Source: an uncultured Microthrixaceae bacterium (GTDB lineage: Bacteria; Actinomycetota; Acidimicrobiia; Acidimicrobiales; CAVOFX01). From it: a DNA stretch of 64,000 nucleotides. Position numbers and translations under genes: made by a program. Shown one piece after another: positions 50,120 to 59,880 of the stretch. Location: assembly GCA_963695115.1 (NCBI GenBank), contig CAVOFX010000001.1, forward strand, positions 28,442 to 92,441. Reading direction: 5' to 3'. Within the stretch, counting starts at the first letter, position 1. Each line of letters starts with the position of its first letter. The notes under the pieces were generated by a model, which saw nothing but the letters and a program-made list of their open reading frames with translations, searched no databases and was not told the DNA's origin.

Positions 50120-50584
50120 GTGTCAGACTTGGCCCTCATGGGTGTCGTCGCCGAACAACCGAGCGTCAAGCGGGCCGGACGGAGCCCGGTGACCACCGTC
50201 TGCGCCGGATACCTGCTCGCGCAGGCGGTGCTCGGCGTCGTGCTGTGGGTGGCCTTGACCGCATCGGAGACCGTCTGGTCCTGGTTCGAGCTCGTCCCGG
50301 AGGTACCCGAGGTGACCGATGCCTTCTTCTTCGGCGATCTCGGCGTGATCGTGGTGGGATCGGCCTTCGGTGCATGGGGCGTCTGGTCGCGGGCCCGATG
50401 GTCGGTCCCGGTCGTGGCCTTCACCGCGGGTGCCGTCGCGTACCCGACCGTGTACCTGGTGGGGTGGACCTCTCTCACCGGGGTCGGATCCGTCCCGCTC
50501 TGGGTGATGGTGACGACCTGCACCCTCACCTGCTGGGTGGCGTGGCTGACCTGGCGAACCGACCTGCATCGACCCGGCGGCTGA
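50120..50584 (+). CDS. Four-TM membrane protein (154 aa), last gene of the Mo-enzyme cluster
   Basis: Complete ORF with four hydrophobic helices. Function unknown. Confidence 0.5.
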   Translation: MSDLALMGVVAEQPSVKRAGRSPVTTVCAGYLLAQAVLGVVLWVALTASETVWSWFELVPEVPEVTDAFFFGDLGVIVVGSAFGAWGVWSRARWSVPVVAFTAGAVAYPTVYLVGWTSLTGVGSVPLWVMVTTCTLTCWVAWLTWRTDLHRPGG

Positions 50585-50604
50585 GCGCTCCAGGCCGGCC
50601 CTTC

Positions 50605-50625
50605 ACCCCCGCGATCGGCGGGGGT
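50605..50625 (+). terminator. Possible intrinsic terminator hairpin
   Basis: acccccgc-gatcg-gcgggggt: 8-bp GC stem 20 nt after the stop at 50584. The trailing U-tract is weak. Confidence 0.35.
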
Positions 50626-50783
50626 ATGGTTCGCGTGGAGCGAGGCCCCGGATTGCTCCTTCGTCTTCGAGCTACCGGTGCTCCGGAGGCATCGGTGCTG
50701 CCGAGTCCCGTCGCCGACCCTCGCGAGCCCACCTGATGCTGTCCCGCACCATCCGCCTCCGTGCGGGCACGCCTCTCGCTGAG

Positions 50784-51116
50784 CTAGACGAGCTTCACCA
50801 GGCCGAAGACCACGGCCACCGTGACGCTGTTCACCGCCAGCATCGTGGTGATCAGCGAGCCCTGAAGCCGGCGCAGGTCGTCCTTCACCTCTGCCCGTAG
50901 ACCCGCCACCTCTGCCCGGAGCTCACCGCGCAGCTCTGCAACCTCCCCGTCGATCTTGTGCTCGAGCAGTCGAGCCAGCACGTCGAGGTCGGTCTTGGTC
51001 GCCACCCGGTCACCGGCCGGCGGGAAGTTCCCCAGCATCAGATCCGCCGATTCCGGACTCATCGCTTCGCTTGCCTCCCGGTGGAGCCGTGCTCTGCGGG
51101 CCTCCTCGGTCGCCAT
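50784..51116 (-). CDS. Coiled-coil, C-terminally anchored membrane protein (110 aa)
   Basis: Heptad-like EVAELRGELRAEVAGLRAEVKDDLRRL followed by the TM segment LITTMLAVNSVTVAVVFGLVKLV. Confidence 0.5.
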   Translation of the reverse strand: MATEEARRARLHREASEAMSPESADLMLGNFPPAGDRVATKTDLDVLARLLEHKIDGEVAELRGELRAEVAGLRAEVKDDLRRLQGSLITTMLAVNSVTVAVVFGLVKLV

Positions 51117-51314
51117 CGGACATCACCTCTGCAGGGTCGACGAATTCGAGGAAGGCGTCCGGGCCACCTACGAGCCTGCTCCGAGGCTACCCCGCTCAGC
51201 CTTCCCGTCAACCGGCTGGCGGCCTTGCGGCGCCACCTGCGCACCTGCTCCCCGGGACGAGGCTCACCCGCCAGAGGGGTTCTCGGTACCTGCCGGGGAC
51301 GAGCGGGGCTCCCG

Positions 51315-52157
51315 CTAGGAGGCGAGCGAACCGGCGAAGATCTGCCAGGCGAGAGCCGACTTCGCGACCAGGCTCAGCACCAGATACGACTTCTCACCGA
51401 ACGCGTAGCTGCGCCACGGCCCGATCTCCCTGTACTGCAGCCACTGGTTCAGCGCGAAGCTGTTGAAGAACAGGAACAGCGAGACGAAGATGACGACGAC
51501 GAAGCCGGGAACCTCCTCGGCCGCGACGAGGTTGTAGCCGATCGCCACCCAAGGTGCGGCGCCGGCTACGCATCCGAACCAGAACGGCCTCATCGTGAGT
51601 CGTGTGCGTCCCGGGGGGTTGGCAAGCTCCTGCAACCAGCCGAACAGGATCATGGCCACGTTCGCGCCTGCGATCCCTATGAGCGCCGAGAGCTCCGTTA
51701 TGCCCGTGTACAGTGCGATCAGGATCACCATCACCGTCGCGCTGAGCGAGTACTCCACCCAACGGAATCGGCTGATCCCGCTGCGCAGGTCGGACTCGTA
51801 GGTACCGCGGAGGGCTGTCCCTGCGAGCAGGTGGTCGAGAGCTGCAAGCCCGAGGAACACCGCGATCGCGGAGCCGACCCGTAGGTCGAGGAGTGCTTCA
51901 GGAGCACCGGGCGGTGTGCCCGGGGGTCCCGTGGGCAAGGTCCGGGTCACCGTGATGGAGAAGTCGGTGGCCAACGCGAGCACCAACAGCACCTGACCGG
52001 CGTGCAACAGCGTGAGCGCGATGTTCCAGCCGCGGAGAGATCTCAGGCTGGCCCCGTCCACACCTGTCGCCGTCACCTGCTCGGGTTCCATGAGTACATC
52101 AGCACACCACACCCCGATGCGCGATGCCACGAGCCAACGCCGGTCCTCGGCGGACAT
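51315..52157 (-). CDS. Heliorhodopsin (alternative start at 52091)
   Basis: Family-diagnostic strings: FRWVEYSLSATVMVILIA, NVAMILFGWLQE, PFWFGCVAGAAPW, SLFLFFNSFALNQWLQY, and LVLSLVAKSALAWQIFAGSL containing the retinal Schiff-base lysine. Close to the remembered sequence of heliorhodopsin 48C12. Confidence 0.85.
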   Translation of the reverse strand: MSAEDRRWLVASRIGVWCADVLMEPEQVTATGVDGASLRSLRGWNIALTLLHAGQVLLVLALATDFSITVTRTLPTGPPGTPPGAPEALLDLRVGSAIAVFLGLAALDHLLAGTALRGTYESDLRSGISRFRWVEYSLSATVMVILIALYTGITELSALIGIAGANVAMILFGWLQELANPPGRTRLTMRPFWFGCVAGAAPWVAIGYNLVAAEEVPGFVVVIFVSLFLFFNSFALNQWLQYREIGPWRSYAFGEKSYLVLSLVAKSALAWQIFAGSLAS

Positions 52158-52310
52158 CGAGGCGGTCTACAGTGCCGCCGATGGCCGCAGACGGCGTGGT
52201 CCTCACCGTGCTCGGACCCACCACGGGTTCGCACGAGCCCCTTCCACTATTGTGACCGCGGTGGCGATTGCCGTCAGGGGGTCGTCCGATCCGCAAGCCG
52301 GTGGTCGACC

Positions 52311-53264
52311 GTGGGTGGCGGAATCGAAGTGGCAACGACAGCAGCGCCGGGCGGCGTGACGGTCGGGGTGCCGACCTTCAACAGAGCGGAGGGTCTCCTT
52401 CGGGCTGTCCGTTCGGTGCTGGAGCAGAGTCGAGCCCCGGCGAGGATCGTGGTGTCGGACAACGCATCCACCGATGACACCCCCGTCGTGCTCGAAGCGC
52501 TTGCACACGAGCACCCGAAACTCGTCTGGCGTCGACACGACAGCAACCTGGGGCCGACGGCCAACTTCCGCGCTGTTGCCGACGAGTCGGCCGATGAGTT
52601 CTTCATGTGGCTCGGCGATGACGACTGGATCGACCCGGACTACCTCGAGCGATGTGTCGCCGAGCTCGAGGCCGACGACACGCTCGTGCTGGTAGCCGGA
52701 CGTGCCCGCTATCACGATGGGAACGAGAGCTGGCTGGGGGTCGACCAGGTGTGCGCGACCGGTGGTGATCCCGCTCGCCGGGTCCTGGACTACTTCCGCC
52801 AGGTGAGGGCCAACGGGGTCTTCTACGGCGTGATCCGAACGTCGGCCCTGCGCCAGGTGCCGCCGCTGCAGAACTGCATGGGCGGTGATTGGCTGCACCT
52901 GGCTGCCCTTTCGTACTTGGGGGGGGTGCGGACCGTCCGGGGCACAGAGGTCCACCGTTCCGTCGGGGGCGCCACGCGCAATCTTGCGGAGGTCGCCCGG
53001 CAACTCGAGCTCGGGTGGCTCTCCGAGAACGCTCCGCAGGTCGTGATCACCTGGCGCGTGCTGGCAGACATCGGATGGCGTTCGAACGTCTATTCCGAGC
53101 TCTCGCACCCTGCACGGATCGGCCTGGGGAGTCGTGCCGCTGCGATCGTCTTCCTTCGGTTCGTCCCGGGCACGACACGAAAGAAGGTGGGCCGACTGCT
53201 CGGGGAGCTTCGTGGCCGCACCGGATCGCAGCATGGAAGTGCCCTGGCACGGAGGAGCGGCTGA
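52311..53264 (+). CDS. Family 2 glycosyltransferase
   Basis: VTVGVPTFNRAEGLLRAVRSVLEQS...IVVSDNASTDDT...FMWLGDDDW (DxD). GTG at 52311 or 52332. The upstream part of the track ORF overlaps the heliorhodopsin gene. Confidence 0.8.
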   Translation: MGGGIEVATTAAPGGVTVGVPTFNRAEGLLRAVRSVLEQSRAPARIVVSDNASTDDTPVVLEALAHEHPKLVWRRHDSNLGPTANFRAVADESADEFFMWLGDDDWIDPDYLERCVAELEADDTLVLVAGRARYHDGNESWLGVDQVCATGGDPARRVLDYFRQVRANGVFYGVIRTSALRQVPPLQNCMGGDWLHLAALSYLGGVRTVRGTEVHRSVGGATRNLAEVARQLELGWLSENAPQVVITWRVLADIGWRSNVYSELSHPARIGLGSRAAAIVFLRFVPGTTRKKVGRLLGELRGRTGSQHGSALARRSG

Positions 53265-53322
53265 TGGTCCCGTCGTGCGCAGACGACGCAACCAGTGCAA
53301 GAGAGCTTGGGGGTGGCCGATC

Positions 53323-54093
53323 GTGAAGACGTTGATCCTGGCTGGTGGCTTCGGCACTCGACTGTCCGAGGAGACGGATCGGGTGCCGAAGCCGATGGTG
53401 GAGATCGGCGGCCGTCCGATGCTGTGGCACATCATGAAGCTCTACTCTGCTGCAGGTCTGTCGGATTTCGTGGTGGCGTTGGGGTACAAGGCGGAGATCG
53501 TGAAGGACTTCTTCCTGCGGTACCGGCTCCTCGGTTCGGATCTCACGGTGGCGACCTCGTCGGGGGATGTCGAGGTGCATCACCCGCCGCTCGATGACTG
53601 GACGGTGGATCTCGTGGACACCGGCCTGTCGACGAACACAGGTGGACGGGTGCGCCGCGTTGCGCATCGCCTGACGGAGGGGCCCTTCTGCCTCACCTAT
53701 GGCGACGGGGTCTGCGACGTGGACCTGCGGACGCTCCTCGGGTTCCATTCGTCGCACGAGAAGTTGGCGACGATCACCGCCATCAGGCCACCGTCTCGCT
53801 TCGGTGGGCTCGTGCTCGACGGCGATGCCGTCCGTGAGTTCACCGAGAAGCCGCAGATCGGCGAGGGCTGGATCAACGGTGGGTTCATGGTGTTGGACCG
53901 GTCGGTGGTCGAACGGATCGAGGGCGACGACACCAGCTTCGAGGCCGACGTGCTCGAAGCGCTGGCAGCGGACGGTGAGCTGATGGCGTTCCGCCACGAT
54001 GGCTTCTGGCAGTCGATGGATACGTTGCGCGACGTGCGGACGCTGCAAGCGCTCTGGGCCACCGGAGCTCCACCTTGGCGGACGTGGGCGTGA
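53323..54093 (+). CDS. rfbF: Glucose-1-phosphate cytidylyltransferase
   Basis: [39 protein letters not shown]...[10 protein letters not shown]...[13 protein letters not shown] at 53323. Confidence 0.85.
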   Translation: MKTLILAGGFGTRLSEETDRVPKPMVEIGGRPMLWHIMKLYSAAGLSDFVVALGYKAEIVKDFFLRYRLLGSDLTVATSSGDVEVHHPPLDDWTVDLVDTGLSTNTGGRVRRVAHRLTEGPFCLTYGDGVCDVDLRTLLGFHSSHEKLATITAIRPPSRFGGLVLDGDAVREFTEKPQIGEGWINGGFMVLDRSVVERIEGDDTSFEADVLEALAADGELMAFRHDGFWQSMDTLRDVRTLQALWATGAPPWRTWA

Positions 54094-55071
54094 TGGCGAT
54101 GGAGTGGCGCGATCGACCGGTACTGGTCACGGGAGCGACCGGGCTGCTCGGGAGTTGGCTGGTCGGACAGTTGATCGAACGCGGGGCCCAGGTCGTGTGC
54201 CTCGTGCGGGACCGGGTTCCCCGGAGTCGATTCGAGACCGAGGGGCTCGCGAACAGAGTGATCACCGCGGAGGGAGACGTGTGTGACCAGCGCGCTGTTG
54301 GAGCGTGTGCTGGGCGAGCGTGAGATCCGCACGGTGTTCCATCTCGCGGCGCAGACCATCGTCACGATCGCGAACCGCAACCCCGTCTCGACGTTCGAGA
54401 CGAACATCGCGGGAACGTGGTCATTGCTCGAGGCGTGTCGCCGGAGTCCCCTGGTGTCGGAGATCGTCGTGGCCTCGTCGGACAAGGCCTACGGCGACCA
54501 AGGGGTACTCCCGTATTCCGAGCAGACTCCCCTTCAGGGACGCCATCCCTACGACGTGAGCAAGTCGTGCGCAGATCTGATCACCCAGGCCTACGCTGCG
54601 ACGTGGGGTTCACCGGTGTGCGTGACGAGGTGCGGCAACTTCTTCGGTGGTGGAGACCTGAACTTCAACCGATTGGTGCCCGGCACGATCCGCGACGTGA
54701 TCCACGGTCGCCGCCCCCTGATCCGGTCTGATGGCAGATTCGTCCGCGACTACATCTATGTCGAGGACGGAGCTTCGGCCTACCTCCACACAGCGGAGGC
54801 CATCGCTGAAGATCCGCGCTGGCGGGCGAGGCCTACAACTTCTCGTTGGAGCGGCCGCTCACGGTGCTGGCCATGGTCGATCTGATCCTCAGGATCATGG
54901 GTTCCGAGTCTCGAACCCGAGATCGAGGGCCAAGCGGTCGACGAGATTCGCGAGCAGTACCTCGACTCCTCGAAAGCGCGAAGCGAGCTCGGCTGGCAGC
55001 CGGCTATCGGCCTCGAGGAGGGATTGCAGCGAACGGTCGCGTGGTACCGGACGTGGCTCGACGCGACATGA
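54093..55071 (+). pseudogene. NDP-sugar (CDP-glucose type) 4,6-dehydratase, three frameshifts
   Basis: [14 protein letters not shown]...FHLAAQTIV...SSDKAYG...[11 protein letters not shown] spread over ORFs 54075-54323, 54283-54885, 54846- and a fourth frame (LEPEIEGQAVDEIREQYLDSSKARSELGWQP). Breaks near 54290, 54819 and 54909. Start overlaps the rfbF stop (TGATG). Confidence 0.75.
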
Positions 55072-56315
55072 CGGTGGGGTTTCGAGCCATCGAATCCTGT
55101 CGATCGTGTGCCGGTCGGTCGCTCTTCCCGGTGCTCGATCTCGGCGTTCAGCCACTGGCCAACGCGCTGCGCCATCCAGGTGACGAGTCGCCCGAGCGCC
55201 TCTATCCGCTCGCTGTCGTCGGATGTTCGCGGTGCTCGCTCGTGCAGCTCACCGGTACTGTCCGCCCGCGGAGATGTTCGACTCGTACAGCTACTTCTCC
55301 TCGTTCTCCACGACGATGAGCGATTCGATGGCCGGCCTTGCCGAGCCGTCTGGTGGACGAGCGATCGGCTGGGGCCGGACAGCCTGGTCATCGAGGTGGC
55401 GAGCAACGACGGGTACCTGTTGAAGCACTACCTCGATCGAGGAGTGCCGGCGCTCGGGATCGATCCCGCTCGCAACGTCGCGGCAGTGCGCAATCGAGAA
55501 CGGCGTACCCACGCTGGTGGAGTACTTCGGCGCGTCCCTGGCGTCGGAACTGGTCGAGCGGGGCTCTCGTGCTGATGTCCTCCACGCGAACAACGTCCTC
55601 GCCCACGTGCCGGACGTGAACGACTTCGCGCGAGGTATCGCGACACTGCTCGGGCCCGACGGCGTTGCCGTCGTCGAATGCCCGTACGTCGTCTCTCTCG
55701 TCGACAACGCTGAGTTCGACACCATCTACCACGAACACGTCTTCTACTACTCGCTGACGTCCCTGTGGGAGCTGTTCTGCCGCCACGGCCTCGCGGTCGC
55801 TCGATGTGGAGGAGCTGTCCATCCACGGAGGGTCGCTCCGCCTGTTCATCGGGCACGGCGTGGCCCAACCCGCAGGAGCCGTGGCCAAGGTCCTCGCTCG
55901 TGAAGCCGAGCTCGGTGTGAGCGACGCCAGATCTCTACGCAGGGTTCGCGTCTCGCGTCGCAAGGATGAGGGAATCGACGCTCGCGTTGCTGAGCGACCT
56001 GCACGGCAGCGGTCGTCGCATCGCCGCCTACGGTGCGGCCGCCAAGGGAACCGTGCTGTGCAATCATTTCGGGATAGACACATCCATCGTGGACTTCGTG
56101 GTCGATCGCAACCCGCACAAGCACGGTCTGCTCATGCCGGGTGTCCAGTTGCCGATCCTCCCCGTGGAAGCACTCCTGGAGCGGCGCCCCGATGACGTGC
56201 TGCTGCTCGCCTGGAACTTCTCGGACGAGATCATCGATCAGCAGGCGCGCCTACGTCGAACAGGGGCGGTCGGTTCATCGTGCCGGTACCGGACTTGAGG
56301 ATGGTGCCTTCGTGA
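55068..56315 (+). pseudogene. NDP-hexose C-methyltransferase (zinc-ribbon + SAM MTase + C-MT domain), at least eight frameshifts
   Basis: CRSCAGRSLFPVLDLGVQPLANAL...YPLAVVGCSRCSLVQL; SLVIEVASNDGYLLK; ADVLHANNVLAHVPD; DTIYHEHVFYYS; LLLAWNFSDEIIDQ...GGRFIVPVP. The pieces are scattered over ORFs 54846-, 55223-, 55108-, 55338-, 55517-, 55806-, 55966- and 56141-. Confidence 0.75.
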
Positions 56316-56758
56316 TCGACGGTGTGAGTGTCATACCTCTCCGGCGGATCCCCGACGAGCGGGGCACGATCTTCCACATGCTGAGGGTGAGCGATGCGCA
56401 CTTCCAGCAGTTCGGGGAGATCTACTTCAGCAGCGTCTACACGGGGGTCGTCAAGGGCTGGCACCGGCACCGGGACATGACCCTGAACTACGCGTGCATC
56501 TGGGGGAGGGTGAAGGTCGCGCTCTACGACGACCGCCCGGCGTCGCCGACCAGAGGCGAGGTGCAGGAGGTCTTCCTCGGCCCGGATGACTACTCGTTGG
56601 TGATCGTCCCCCCGGGGGTCTGGAACGGGTTCAAGGGGATGGACGAGGTCTCTGTGGTCGCGAACTGCGCCACCCTTCCCCACGACCCAGGCCGATCCGA
56701 GCGGCTCGACCCGTTCGACAACGACATCCCGTACGACTGGGGTCTCCGCCATCACTGA
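56312..56758 (+). CDS. Cupin-fold sugar epimerase/ketoisomerase (RmlC/WxcM-like, 148 aa)
   Basis: IPLRRIPDERGTIFHM...GEIYFSSVYTGVVKGWHRHRDMTLNYACI. GTG at 56312 overlaps the previous stop (GTGA). Confidence 0.7.
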   Translation: MIDGVSVIPLRRIPDERGTIFHMLRVSDAHFQQFGEIYFSSVYTGVVKGWHRHRDMTLNYACIWGRVKVALYDDRPASPTRGEVQEVFLGPDDYSLVIVPPGVWNGFKGMDEVSVVANCATLPHDPGRSERLDPFDNDIPYDWGLRHH

Positions 56759-56795
56759 CACCGGCTCTCTTCTCGTCACCGGTGCTGCAGGGTTC

Positions 56796-57629
56796 GTGGG
56801 TCGCAATGTGGTCGAGCTCCTCAGGAGCCGGGGGCGCCACGTGGTGGAGATGAGCCATGCGTGGGAACGTGCCGACGAGCTCGATGTCGTCGTCGGCGAA
56901 AGAGCGATCGATACGTGTCTGCACCTCGGGTGGTATGCCGAGCCTCATGACTATCTGGTCAACGCAGATGCGAACCTCCGAAGCCTCCGATCCTCAACCG
57001 TGCTGATCGACTGGCTCGGGCACCGACAGGTGGGGCATCTGGTTGTCGCTGGCACGAGCGCTGAGTATGGGCATGGCGATCAGCCGCACACCGAAGACGA
57101 ATGCCCTGCGCCGTGGTCGGTCTACGGGGCATCCAAGGTGGCGCTCCGGTACCTCCTGGCCAGCAGCATGCGGCCCACCACCATGACCGTCTCCTGGGCC
57201 CGATTGTTCAACCTGACTGGTCCGGGTGAGCATCCGGATCGCCTCCTCCCCTGGGTCGTCCGCTCCCTGCGTGCCGGGCGGGAAGTTGGGCTCTCTCCTG
57301 GACACCAACTACGCGACTTCCTCGACGTCAGCGACGCCGCCGCGGCGTTGACGGCGCTCGCCGACGCCCGCGCGCACGGGACGTTCAACGTGTCCTCCGG
57401 TGTCGGCGTGCCGCTCCGGGACGTCATCGGAGCCATAGGAGAGCGACTTGGTGCAACCGACCTGCTCCGATTCGGGGAACGCTCCTACAGCGAGCACGAC
57501 CCGCCCGTCGCAGTGGGCAACAATGAGCGGCTGGTCGCGGCGACGGGATGGGCGCCCTCCCACAGCTTGGAGAGCACCGTCGACCGGCTGTTGCACGACT
57601 GGGAACGACGCGAGGACCTGACACCGTGA
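56796..57629 (+). CDS. NAD-dependent sugar epimerase/reductase (SDR family); the true start lies upstream of the listed one
   Basis: The Rossmann motif LLVTGAAGFVGRN straddles the track start, so translation must begin between 56758 and 56796, from a non-obvious start or after an indel. YGASKVALRYL = YxxxK. Confidence 0.7.
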   Translation: MGRNVVELLRSRGRHVVEMSHAWERADELDVVVGERAIDTCLHLGWYAEPHDYLVNADANLRSLRSSTVLIDWLGHRQVGHLVVAGTSAEYGHGDQPHTEDECPAPWSVYGASKVALRYLLASSMRPTTMTVSWARLFNLTGPGEHPDRLLPWVVRSLRAGREVGLSPGHQLRDFLDVSDAAAALTALADARAHGTFNVSSGVGVPLRDVIGAIGERLGATDLLRFGERSYSEHDPPVAVGNNERLVAATGWAPSHSLESTVDRLLHDWERREDLTP

Positions 57630-58393
57630 AGATCTCCATCGACACTGCCGCACGATCCTTCGTGGTGAGCGACGGAACCCGTGAGGAGACGCTCGACCTG
57701 TACTCGCCCGAGGCCTTCAGTGCACTGTCCCGGCTGTGGGTCACGACCGGGTGGGGGCTGCGCTACACCTACGGCTTCACCTGGTTCGGGATACCGATCA
57801 TCCAGCTGCCCGAGGATCTCGTGGTGCTCCAGGAGGTCATCTACCGGGTGAAGCCTGATGTCATCATCGAAACCGGCGTCGCGCACGGTGGGTCACTGGT
57901 GTTCCACGCCACTCTCCTGGAGGCGATGGGGCGAGGCATGGTGATCGGAGTCGACATAGAGATCCGGCCCCACAACCGCGCCAAAATCGAAGCCCACGAG
58001 CTGTTCCACCGGATCACCCTGATAGAGGGCTCCTCGACCGCTCCCGAGGTGGTCGAACAGGTGCGCTCGGCGATTCCGACGGGGGCCACCGTCCTTGTGA
58101 TCCTCGACTCCGACCACTCCCGTCAGCACGTGCTCGCCGAGCTCGAGGCCTACGCGCCGCTGGTGACCGCCGACTCGTACATCGTCGCGACCGACGGGGT
58201 CATGGAATGGCTCGAGGGGGTCCCCGGAGCATCCCCCGGATGGGCCACCGACAACCCGAAGGCCGCTGTCGAGGTGTGGCTGCGGAACCATCCGGAGTTC
58301 ACGCTCGAGGATCCACCGCCCATCTCCTTCAACGAAGGCAGCATCGCCGAGCGAGTCACGCACTGGCCCGGTGCCTACCTTCGACGAAGGTAG
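57626..58393 (+). CDS. CmcI/cephalosporin-hydroxylase-family methyltransferase (sugar O-methyltransferase type, 255 aa)
   Basis: WFGIPIIQLPEDLVVLQEVIYRVKPDVIIETGVAHGGSLVF...LVILDSDHSRQHVLAELEAY. GTG overlaps the previous stop (GTGA). Confidence 0.75.
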   Translation: MKISIDTAARSFVVSDGTREETLDLYSPEAFSALSRLWVTTGWGLRYTYGFTWFGIPIIQLPEDLVVLQEVIYRVKPDVIIETGVAHGGSLVFHATLLEAMGRGMVIGVDIEIRPHNRAKIEAHELFHRITLIEGSSTAPEVVEQVRSAIPTGATVLVILDSDHSRQHVLAELEAYAPLVTADSYIVATDGVMEWLEGVPGASPGWATDNPKAAVEVWLRNHPEFTLEDPPPISFNEGSIAERVTHWPGAYLRRR

Positions 58394-58498
58394 AGGTGGT
58401 ACCGGGTCGATGGAGATAGAGGTGGCGCTCACTGTCGCTGGGCTCGGCAGGTCTCGTCTCGCACGCGTCGGCTCGATGCGTCGGGTGGTCGTCGCAGG

Positions 58499-59695
58499 GT
58501 GAGCAACGACGGCTGGGGGCGATTGATCGGACCCTACGCGGCGTCGCGGCTCGCCGGTCAGGCCATGGAGTATGCGGGCTGGGTCGTCCTTGCTCGCCGC
58601 CTCGAGCCGGAGGCCTTCGGCGAGCTCGCGGTGGTGTTCCTCCTGTGCCGCTACGGCGGACTCGTCGCAGACTGGGGTGCATCGATCCGTGGGCCTCGAG
58701 ACGCCGCCGGCGTCGCGGATGGCGCAGCGTTGCGTGCCCTGGCCGACTGGCGTCGCAAGGTGACGGTCGCGCTCCTCATCGTCATCAGCCTCGGGCTCCT
58801 GGCGACCGGAACGGCCGAGCTGCTACCCGTCGCCGCTGTCGCGGCGGCGCTGGGGCTGTCGCGTGACTGGGTCGCTCTGGGCCAGGAGCAACCGCTGCGA
58901 GCGGGGTCGCCGGTCCTGCTGCAGGGCTTCGTGCTCCTGGGCGGATCGCTGTTCGTCTCAGCATTGCCTGGAGCCGCTGCGGTCGTCGGTGCTGCGTACG
59001 CCGCAGGACTGGGCCTCTCACTCGCTCTGAATCGACTGGGCGGGGCGGGGGGCGCGTCCCCCGCTCCCCGACCCGACGGCTGGATCCTGGTCGCGGTCTT
59101 GTCCGTGCAGGTGACCACGAGCTTCGACACGGTGCTCCTCTCGGTGCTGCGGTCCCCGGAGGAGGCCGGGATCTATGCCGCTGTGTACCGAATACCGAAC
59201 GCCTGGTACGCGGTCCTCACCGTCGTGCTCGCGGTTCTGATCCCCCGAGCCTCACGGGCGGCGGTGGCCGGCCAGGAGACGTTCGCTGCCCTGCGTCGTT
59301 CCTGGCTTCGGGTCAGCGCTCCCGTCTCACTCTGCGTGCTCCTGTTGGCGCCGGTGGCGGCGCTTGCGGTTCCGGTCGTCTACGGAGACGACTACCGGGA
59401 CGGTGTCGGACCGGTCGCCGTCCTCATGGTTGCCCATGCCGTTCTCACGCTCTTCGCCCCGCTCAGCCCACTGGCCGTCGCCCTGGTGAACGACCGCGCC
59501 TACACGTTGGTCATGCTCGGCGCAGCCGGCGCGAACACCTTGATGAACCTGGTCGTCATCCCAGCGTTCGGAACGGTGGGTGCCGCATGGTCCACGCTCG
59601 GGACACAGGTCCTGCTCGGTCTCGCCTTGCTGTGGCTCACGACGTGGGGTGCGCATCCCGGGTGGTCGCATCCGAGCGACCCCGTTCCGTCGTGA
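58499..59695 (+). CDS. Polysaccharide flippase-like (Wzx/MOP superfamily) multi-TM protein
   Basis: 398-aa ORF made of about 10-12 hydrophobic helices, at the end of the sugar cluster. Assignment by context and topology. Confidence 0.55.
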   Translation: MSNDGWGRLIGPYAASRLAGQAMEYAGWVVLARRLEPEAFGELAVVFLLCRYGGLVADWGASIRGPRDAAGVADGAALRALADWRRKVTVALLIVISLGLLATGTAELLPVAAVAAALGLSRDWVALGQEQPLRAGSPVLLQGFVLLGGSLFVSALPGAAAVVGAAYAAGLGLSLALNRLGGAGGASPAPRPDGWILVAVLSVQVTTSFDTVLLSVLRSPEEAGIYAAVYRIPNAWYAVLTVVLAVLIPRASRAAVAGQETFAALRRSWLRVSAPVSLCVLLLAPVAALAVPVVYGDDYRDGVGPVAVLMVAHAVLTLFAPLSPLAVALVNDRAYTLVMLGAAGANTLMNLVVIPAFGTVGAAWSTLGTQVLLGLALLWLTTWGAHPGWSHPSDPVPS

Positions 59696-59768
59696 GAGCG
59701 CAGTTGGGGGCATCCGGACACCTCGGTGGGTGGCCACCTCGGTTGCGCGCCCGCCGACGACCCAGGTC

Positions 59769-59844
59769 TGGTACCCCCAACGGGATTTGAACCCGTGTCT
59801 CCACCTTGAGAGGGTGGTGTCCTCGGCCACTAGACGATGGGGGC
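59769..59844 (-). tRNA. tRNA-Glu (anticodon CTC), CCA encoded
   Basis: GCCCCCATCGTCTAGTGGCCGAGGACACCACCCTCTCAAGGTGGAGACACGGGTTCAAATCCCGTTGGGGGTACCA folds as a cloverleaf. Anticodon loop CT-CTC-AA. Confidence 0.9.
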
Positions 59845-59880
59845 TCGAACTTCGTTGCAGCGGGGGCCACCGGCTCCCGA

